This document shows, piece by piece, positions 24,699-32,112 of a stretch of DNA of 32,112 nt. Within the stretch, counting starts at the first letter, position 1, and every line of letters begins with the position of its first letter. Made by a program: the position numbers and the translations under genes. A model generated the notes under the pieces. The model saw only the letters and a list, made by a program, of their open reading frames with translations. It was not told the DNA's origin and did no database searches. Source of the stretch: Octopus bimaculoides (taxonomy: Eukaryota); contig NC_068983.1 in NCBI RefSeq assembly GCF_001194135.2, forward strand, positions 95,198,345-95,230,456, in the 5' to 3' direction.

Positions 24699-27243
24699 TA
24701 CTCTAATCTTCTCTATCGCTAGTTCTGTGCTAAATTATATAGCTTCTACTCTAATCGCCTATTTTGGGGCCCTCCACCATCGGTTGTTGACGACTGCATC
24801 CGTCAAAATTTGATGGACTAACTTGCTAAGCCGGTCTCCGAAAGCTTGACGTGCCGGGAAGGACCCGTCCAGCTTCCAGTATCGGAGTCCCTGCTTATGA
24901 AACCTATCTAGGTCAACCGTACAGATTACAAATTTGTGGTCTGTGTAGTTGAATTCAAATTATGGCCAACCAATACTATTCCTATCTGCTGGCTTACAAA
25001 ATACCCTATCTAGATAAGATATGGATGACCCGATACTGTTTGCCCAGGTCCACATTGGAGTATTCGGGAAATCCAGTCTGAAACTATCCGCCAGCTGGAA
25101 ACGATTGAGCAGGTTTGCGAGGCTAACGCACCACCCCCTTTCCTATCCTCTAGCCCCACCCAATCCACATGTGCATCCAAAATGGCGTTCCAATCGCCCA
25201 CTAGCACTAAAAAGCGAGACGACCTAGAAAGGGCTCCAGGCGTCTGAGGCACATCGGCTGCCCCGCACCAGTCAGTATGTACACTGCGACCAGTCTAAAA
25301 GCATTGCCTTCGTTATCGTTCAAGTCCAGAACCACCGACTTACTTTCCAGATCCAGGAAGACCGACCATATCTCGAAATTCAGGTTATTTCTGAACAACA
25401 CTGTCACCCCATTCCCGGTCGACTAAGGGATGCGAAAATCATCATTGTGCAAGCGTCCTTGCTTCCACAACGACCCCAGGCCACGTACATTTATAAAATC
25501 TACTTTAAGAACCACCATGCTGGCCAGGAAGTAAGGCAAAGAAAAAGAGAGTGTCACTTATCCTCCTGGTGCTGTTTGTGGTCGAGTGGTTCTCCCACCC
25601 TGTCTGTTTTGTTGGGTTCCTCTGGAAACTCCCTTTAAAAGCCATCTGCTGGCCGTTACACTGGGAGATCCAATGTCATACGGGTAGCTCTGCTTAATGT
25701 TCGCATAAGTCTCTAATGTCATTCGCACCATAATTAGGCTCTCGGTACTTTAAGAATGTTGGGGCTGCAGATCATCCCCCTCACTCTGTTTTAATGTTCT
25801 CGTTTTGTGCTATGAGAGCCATCAACTTTACATTGGCCCTCCTCACAAACACGAAATTCCGCTGCTGCGTGGAGGGTTGTTGTTGTAGTGACATCTTTCT
25901 TTTTTAAAGTTTGTTGTGTATTTGATTCTGTTGCGGGTGTTTGTGATGGTGTTGGTGATTGTGGTGCTTGTAGTGTTGGTGTTGTCATCAGTGTGTCTGT
26001 GTTTGCCGTTTTTGGGATTCCTCCTTTTTTGCTGTGTCTCTTTCATTCTTTTTTTTTAACTTTTGGGCTTCACCCTCATCATCACTTGGGTGCGTGGAGG
26101 AGTCCGTGTCTTGTATGTTTTCTTCTGGTGTTGTTTGTTCTGGTTCTCTTGTAGTTGTTGCTGTTGTTGCTCCTACTAGTGTAGCTTCCGTCACTGCCCC
26201 TAGTGCCACCTTCACTGTAACACCTGCTACCTTCACTGCCCACCTTCACTGTAACACGTGCCTGTTTTATCTCCTTGGGTTCAATTTCTGTTTCCATTTC
26301 CCGGCCTTTCTGTTGTTGTTTTTATTGATTCATGGGTTGTGGTGCTTTCGTTTGGACATTTCTTGCTGCCCTTCTGTTCTGGTTCCGTGGGCCCGTTGAA
26401 CCACACTCATGGCACCTCTGCCTTCTGCCCTCCACGTTCACCCTTAATTTTATTTCATTCGAGAGGGAAATCAGATCTAGGACTTTCTCTAACTGCGCTG
26501 GCTTCACGTGGAGAAGAACCTCCAAAGTAGTCCCAACCCAATTCTCCCCACTCGATCTTTTAACATCCAGGAGATTTTCTCTCCCGTTCGTACAAATACA
26601 GGCGAGAAACCACCATAAATCCAAGCCTGGTGGGATACCAGGTACCGTAATTCGTACCGCCCTTCTTCCCATGTGCGTTGGGAAGAGCACGATTTCCTCG
26701 GTGCGACGCGTGGTCACCAAGCTCTGTGTCGCCTGTCGTCCCTCGATCTTAAAAAGGACCTCTACGCCGCCGTACTGCCTCGCTCTCGCAATGTGGTGGA
26801 TATCCTGCCATATGACTTTCAAGGCTTTCCCACCTGGTCGCGTTTAGTTTTCGAGTTTCCTTGTCTTTATGTTCACGCACCTGTAGACAACTGTCCGTTT
26901 AGCTTTTGCTTCAAGCACGTCGCTTGGAGGCGTCAATTCTACCCTCTTTTCATTCATTTTCATATATTTTGCTGCTTCCTTCAGTTGTTCTATTTTGTTT
27001 TCCAATGAGATGTTAACTAAGCCGCCCCGCAATATTTGCAAAAGTCTCTTTCCCGCCGATTACTCCATTTTTGTTAGACACTTTGTAATTGTTGTCAATG
27101 TTGTTGTTCGTGCTACTACAATTTCGATGTAGTGAGGAAGACTTTCCTTTTTCTTCTTTTAAACAACGAAATACAATATAGAAATTTTAAAACAGGTCAT
27201 AAACTTACAGCGCTCCAAAAACACACCTCCAGCTATGGCGACG
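24699..27243 (-). mobile_element. Tx1/L1-like LINE, 5' half (5' UTR, ORF1, APE domain of ORF2)
   Basis: ORF1 pieces include VRITVPGIPP and RVNVEGRRQRCHECGSTG (knuckle-like) plus a low-complexity tail. ORF2 starts at 25518 with MVVLKVDFINVRGL, then FRLVAVY, LVLVGDWNAILD, YLDRVF, YTDHKFV, YWKL. It breaks off ~24699, before the RT. Confidence 0.8.
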
Positions 27244-27266
27244 ATAATAATAATAATAATAATAAT

Positions 27267-27316
<50 letters not shown>

Positions 27317-27440
27317 TGATGATGATGATGATGTATGTATGTATGTATGCATGCATGCATGTATGTATGTATGTATGTATGTATGTATGCATGCATGTAT
27401 GTATGTATGTATGTATGTATGTATGTATGTATGTATACAC
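27244..27440. repeat. (TAA)n-(TGA)n-(TATG)n compound microsatellite
   Basis: Directly visible. Confidence 0.95.
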
Positions 27441-27450
27441 ACGCGTGCTC

Positions 27451-27600
27451 ACGACGGGTTTCTTGCAGTTTCTGTCTGCTAAATCCACTTACAAGGCATT
27501 GGTCGGCTTGGGGTTACAGTAGAAGACTCTGACTTGCCCAAGGTATCACACAGCGGGACTGAATCTGGAACAATGTGGTAAGGAAGCAAGCTTCTTAGAA
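27451..27600 (-). mobile_element. SINE family C, 5' portion
   Basis: ACGACGGGTTTCTTGCAGTTTC...GACTTGCCCAAGGTATCACACAGCGGGACTGAATCTGGAAC is homologous to 29934-30066 and to the reverse complement of 27805-27970. Confidence 0.75.
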
Positions 27601-27804
27601 TCATCACATAGTTCTGGCAATCAATACGTTCATCCGCTCAAGATACCGTGTTTACCAATTACCATCACCATCACACTAATAGTAGTATTGACTCGGAAGG
27701 ATGAAAGGCAACTTTTTCTCCTTTATGGCGGTAGCTGGTTAATCGTAAAACAATTTTGTCCAACAATCTACCAGCACTGTGTAACGTTATTTATTTATTT
27801 GTAT

Positions 27805-28197
27805 AGGTGCAGGCGTGGCTGTGTAGTAAGAAGTTTGCTTCTCAACCACATGGTTCTTGGTTCAGTCCCACTGCGTGGCACCTTGGACAAATGTCTTTTT
27901 CTGTAGTCTCAGGCCGACCAAAGTCTTGTCAGTGGATTTGTTAGAGGAAAACTGAAAGAAACCCGTCGTATATGTGTGTGTGTATTTATGTCTGTGTTTG
28001 TCCTTCACCACCACTTGACAACCTGTGTTGGTATGTTTACGTCCCCATAACTTAGCGTTTCAGCAAAAAGAGCGATAGAAAAAGTACTAGGCTTTGAAAA
28101 AAAAAATTAAAAGTACTAGGGTCGTTTCATTCGACTAAAAAGAAAAAAAAATCAAGGTGGTACCCCAGCATGGCCGCTGTCTAATGACTTGAAACAA
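27805..28197 (+). mobile_element. tRNA-derived SINE family C, near full length
   Basis: Head GGCGTGGCTGTGTAGTAAG...GGTTCAGTCCC (A/B-box-like), ACCTTGGACAAATGTC (CORE-like motif), an internal (TG)n, and 3' CCCCAGCATGGCCGCTGTCTAATGACTTGAAAC. Confidence 0.8.
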
Positions 28198-28739
28198 TCT
28201 CGCCAAGGTGAGATTTCTAAAAAAATTTCTTTGTGCGAACACCCAGCGGATAAAATAAAGTGTTTCACGTGTCTAAATATATCTATATATATGAATGTGT
28301 GTGTGTGAATAGATAGAACAGCGACATCAGCCACTTCGGCCATCATCATGTCAGGATGCTGTCTGCATATGTAAATATATATATATTCTACATCCTCTTC
28401 CTTCACGCTTTGCTTTTGCTCTTTTTTTCCTCTTTTCCTCTCTTATACAATTGGCAGTTATCTGATGCCGCTGAAGTTGCATATGAATAACAATCCCAAA
28501 CGATAAAATATTGTTATTAGGAATTTAATAAATATAAAGGGTGTCAACACTTATTGCTTCTTTAACTGTATGCGTGAGTTTGCGCGTTTTGGCGCGCGTG
28601 TGTGAATGAGTGTATGTGAGCGTGTGTGTGCGTGTGTGAGTGTGTATGATTGTAAGTATATGTATGTGTCTGTGTGTATAAATGAGTGTACGTGTGTGTT
28701 ATGTATGTGGACATATCAAAGGAGAAAGAGAGTGAGAGA

Positions 28740-28781
<42 letters not shown>

Positions 28782-28944
28782 AAAGAGACAGACAGACAGA
28801 CAGACAGATAGATTAAGGATTAGATGTGGAATGTATATATTTATTTTGCCATCTTAACTGATGTCTCTCTCTCTCCCTCTCCCCCCCTCTCTCTCTAAAT
28901 CTCTGCATATATATATATATATATATAAATAATATATGAGTAAT

Positions 28945-30066
28945 TCTTTTATTCTTTTACTTGTTTCAATTATTTGACTGCGGCCATGCTGGAGCACTGC
29001 CTTTTAGTCGAACAAATCGACCCCAGGACTTATTCATTGTAAGCTTGGTACTTATTCTATCGGCATCTTTGCCGAACAGCTAAGTTATGTGGACATAAAC
29101 ACACCGACATCGGTTGTCAAGCGACAGTGGGGGACAGACACAGGCACAAAGGCACACACACACACACACACACACTCACACACACACACACACACACACA
29201 CACNNNNNNNNNNNNNNNNNNNNNNNNNNNNNNNNNNNNNNNNNNNNNNNNNNNNNNNNNNNNNNNNNNNNNNNNNNNNNNNNNNNNNNNNNNNNNNNNN
29301 NNNNNNNNNNNNNNNNNNNNNNNNNNNNNNNNNNNNNNNNNNNNNNNNNNNNNNNNNNNNNNNNNNNNNNNNNNNNNNNNNNNNNNNNNNNNNNNNNNNN
29401 NNNNNNNNNNNNNNNNNNNNNNNNNNNNNNNNNNNNNNNNNNNNNNNNNNNNNNNNNNNNNNNNNNNNNNNNNNNNNNNNNNNNNNNNNNNNNNNNNNNN
29501 NNNNNNNNNNNNNNNNNNNNNNNNNNNNNNNNNNNNNNNNNNNNNNNNNNNNNNNNNNNNNNNNNNNNNNNNNNNNNNNNNNNNNNNNNNNNNNNNNNNN
29601 NNNNNNNNNNNNNNNNNNNNNNNNNNNNNNNNNNNNNNNNNNNNNNNNNNNNNNNNNNNNNNNNNNNNNNNNNNNNNNNNNNNNNNNNNNNNNNNNNNNN
29701 NNNNNNNNNNNNNNNNNNNNNNNNNNNNNNNNNNNNNNNNNNNNNNNNNNNNNNNNNNNNNNNNNNNNNNNNNNNNNNNNNNNNNNNNNNNNNNNNNNNN
29801 NNNNNNNNNNNNNNNNNNNNNNNNNNNNNNNNNNNNNNNNNNNNNNNNNNNNNNNNNNNNNNNNNNNNNNNNNNNNNNNNNNNNNNNNNNNNNNNNNNNN
29901 NNNNATATATATATATATATATATATATATATACGACGGGCTTCTTTCAGTTTCCGTCTAGCAAATCCACTAGGCTATAGTAGAAGACACTTGCCCAAGG
30001 TGCCACGCAGTGGGACTGAACCCGGAACCATGTGGTTGGTAAGCAAGCTACTTACCTGCCACTCCT
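28945..30066 (-). mobile_element. SINE family C copy with an expanded internal microsatellite spanning gap 29204-29904
   Basis: The 3' half (28945-29155) and 5' half (29934-30066) match the two halves of the 27805-28197 copy, with (CA)n/(TA)n at the internal microsatellite position. Confidence 0.75.
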
Positions 30067-30744
30067 TATAAGCCACTGCGCTTATATGTACATACCTACA
30101 TATATATGTATATATACATGCATATATGGGTACAGAACATCAAAAAACGTAGACAAAATGAGAAAGGAGAACATAAAAAACCAAAACATATAGAAAACGA
30201 ACTTTTTTTCGAACAACGAAAGAAACAAACAAACAGAGAAACGAGACAGGCAACATAAAGAACATTCCCTTCATCAGTTGTCCCCTGTTTTATCTACTCC
30301 GCGTTTCTCACAGACGGTGCTCAACTGACCCTACTATACTGTGTAGTCGACAAAATCAAAACAATGCGCATGCGTGAAATTTAAAATGTAAGATAGTAAC
30401 AATTTACTCATCGCACCATGTATGTGAGTGATGTGTGTATGAAACGGAAATGGTGACATATATATATATATTATTATATGTATTTATTTTCTCTAAGTTA
30501 ATAATTAACTCGGACAAAATAAATTGGTTAATCGATACCAGGGTAGCAAAGATCACAAAATGACTGCGGTGTAACTCCTGTTTATGAGGTAGAAACTCCT
30601 TGTTATTTTGGGTACTTGAGTAAATATATAAATTTAGTAAATGGAGTAAAACGCATATGTTAAATGAATTATTTTGTTTCCAACATATGTTTCGAAGATT
30701 ACAAATTATACCTTCTATAGGAATAGGTGATGTTGATAAAGATG

Positions 30745-31082
30745 TAATCTTCTCTTCAGGGAAATACATAGGAACCAGCTTAACCGTAAGACATTTTAAC
30801 CGAATATGATAACTGTAGTTAGAGAAGATAGCTACGTAAATTATTTGAAAAAGCCTTAGTAAATTAGTTTGGGAACTTAAAGACAATAACATGAAATTTA
30901 AATTAGACTGGCTAATTCTATCCATATCTAGACCATATGACAAAGGTAAAAAATTTTGCCCATTATGCAATACGGAACTGTTCTTCATTTTATTCTCGAA
31001 GAATAAACTGGTGAACACGTTCATCGAAAACTCAAACAGATGTAAATATTGGCAGCAAGACGTGTTTCTTGCCTTCAGATAA
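30745..31082 (+). mobile_element. decayed Penelope-like GIY-YIG endonuclease C-terminal fragment
   Basis: GKYIGTS, then SLSKLVWELKDNNMKFKLDWLILSISRPYDKGKKFCPLCNTELFFIL...LVN...E...CK, the Penelope-type W.IL..A..Y....C.LC..E pattern. Confidence 0.75.
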
Positions 31083-31299
31083 AAAATACTTATTTATATA
31101 AAGCTAACAACTCAACTTGTAACATATTAGTTCCTCAAATAATTCAAGAGACACATGTTAATTATACCTTTATATGTAAAAAGATATGATAGACTTATCT
31201 CGCTTGATATATGTTATCTAAACACTCTTAATTTGTTAACCCAAATTAGAACACCAATAACATCTATAAACGTATACTAAAACATCACTTTCAGTTCAA

Positions 31300-31700
31300 C
31301 TTAACATAAACATTACTTCCTACAATGTCCAATATGCTGTGCTCAATTAACCTTATTCACTTGATTTCATACTTCTTTGTACATCCATATTAGTCATTTA
31401 CTGCTTTCACTTTATTCAGCAAAAATAGGAGTTATTTATCATGTTCCAAGTTATATTAGTGGCAGTATTCTAAGTCTACGAATTCCATTTATCATCTTAA
31501 ACCTTCTTAGAAACATCTAAAATTCTGAAAACAATCCTAGTTCACTTGTTTACGTGCATCGTAAGATGAATCCAAAACATTTAAATATTCTCCTCTCTCT
31601 GCTCTATGACGTATAAATTACTGAACAATATAACATTCCATTTCAACTCTTGGAAAACCCTTGCACCAACAGATATAGAACGTGATTACCGAAGTAAACT
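31300..31700 (-). mobile_element. very decayed CR1/L2-like LINE RT C-terminal fragment (tentative)
   Basis: Minus strand gives RRIFKCF...KMINGIRRL...LIWMYKEV, resembling CR1-type KMI.G..L...DLI.MYK, with many stops. Confidence 0.35.
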
Positions 31701-31939
31701 TTGGTAATAATATTAACTTAGTCTTTACAAGTAATATTTATTCCTTCAACCCCTTCTTCTTGCCCCTTTCATTTACATCTAACTTAACAACATAATCCAT
31801 TTTTGTAGATTAATAGACCATCCATTACTTTTATTAATTGTCAATCATTTAATATCTTACTAATTAATATAAGCATCACTTTCCTATACATATAGCACTG
31901 CTTTAATATCAATCACCACACAACTACCGTGTGTATATA

Positions 31940-32112
31940 CGTACTAAGGGGTGTATAGAAATGCGTGTATGTGTCCATGTGTGTACATATATATGTGTGT
32001 GTGTGTGTATATGTATGTATGTATGTTTGTGTATATATACATGTGTGTACACATTCATGTATATGTATGAAATTATGTGTGTCCATGTATATATATATAT
32101 ATATATATATAT
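31940..32112. repeat. (TG)/(TATG)/(TA) microsatellite mosaic
   Basis: Directly visible. Similar mosaics at 1-31, 600-720, 1194-1690, 2286-2398 and 28590-28930. Confidence 0.9.

Noticed and set aside
30200-30320. Minus-strand GAAACGCGGAGTA...CTGATGAAGGG, hammerhead-like words near the second Penelope relic
   Set aside because: No stem I or stem II pairing in any permutation, and no GAAA downstream of CTGATGA. At most a scrambled relic.
30404-31024. 206-aa minus-strand ORF
   Set aside because: No recognisable domain; it is antisense to the Penelope GIY-YIG remnant.

Overview
Eukaryotic, AT-rich, microsatellite-dense DNA with eight N-gaps, made almost entirely of transposon relics. The repeat content suggests an octopus/cephalopod genome (inference). 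I can support no host protein-coding exon; most ORFs in the track are microsatellite, gap or antisense artefacts. Recognisable elements: four R4/Dong-type non-LTR copies (three clearly TAA-flanked), four Tx1/L1-like fragments, two Penelope-like GIY-YIG remnants, a mariner 3' end, a Tc1-type DD36E transposase remnant, a 2.26-kb Ginger-type element with both ~130-bp TIRs, and several tRNA-derived SINEs. The best novelty candidate is a partly disrupted type-III-hammerhead-like fold at the 5' end of an R4/Dong element (22386-22466). A second hammerhead-like inverted repeat lies at 20552-20640. Both are manual pattern calls and need family-consensus checks.
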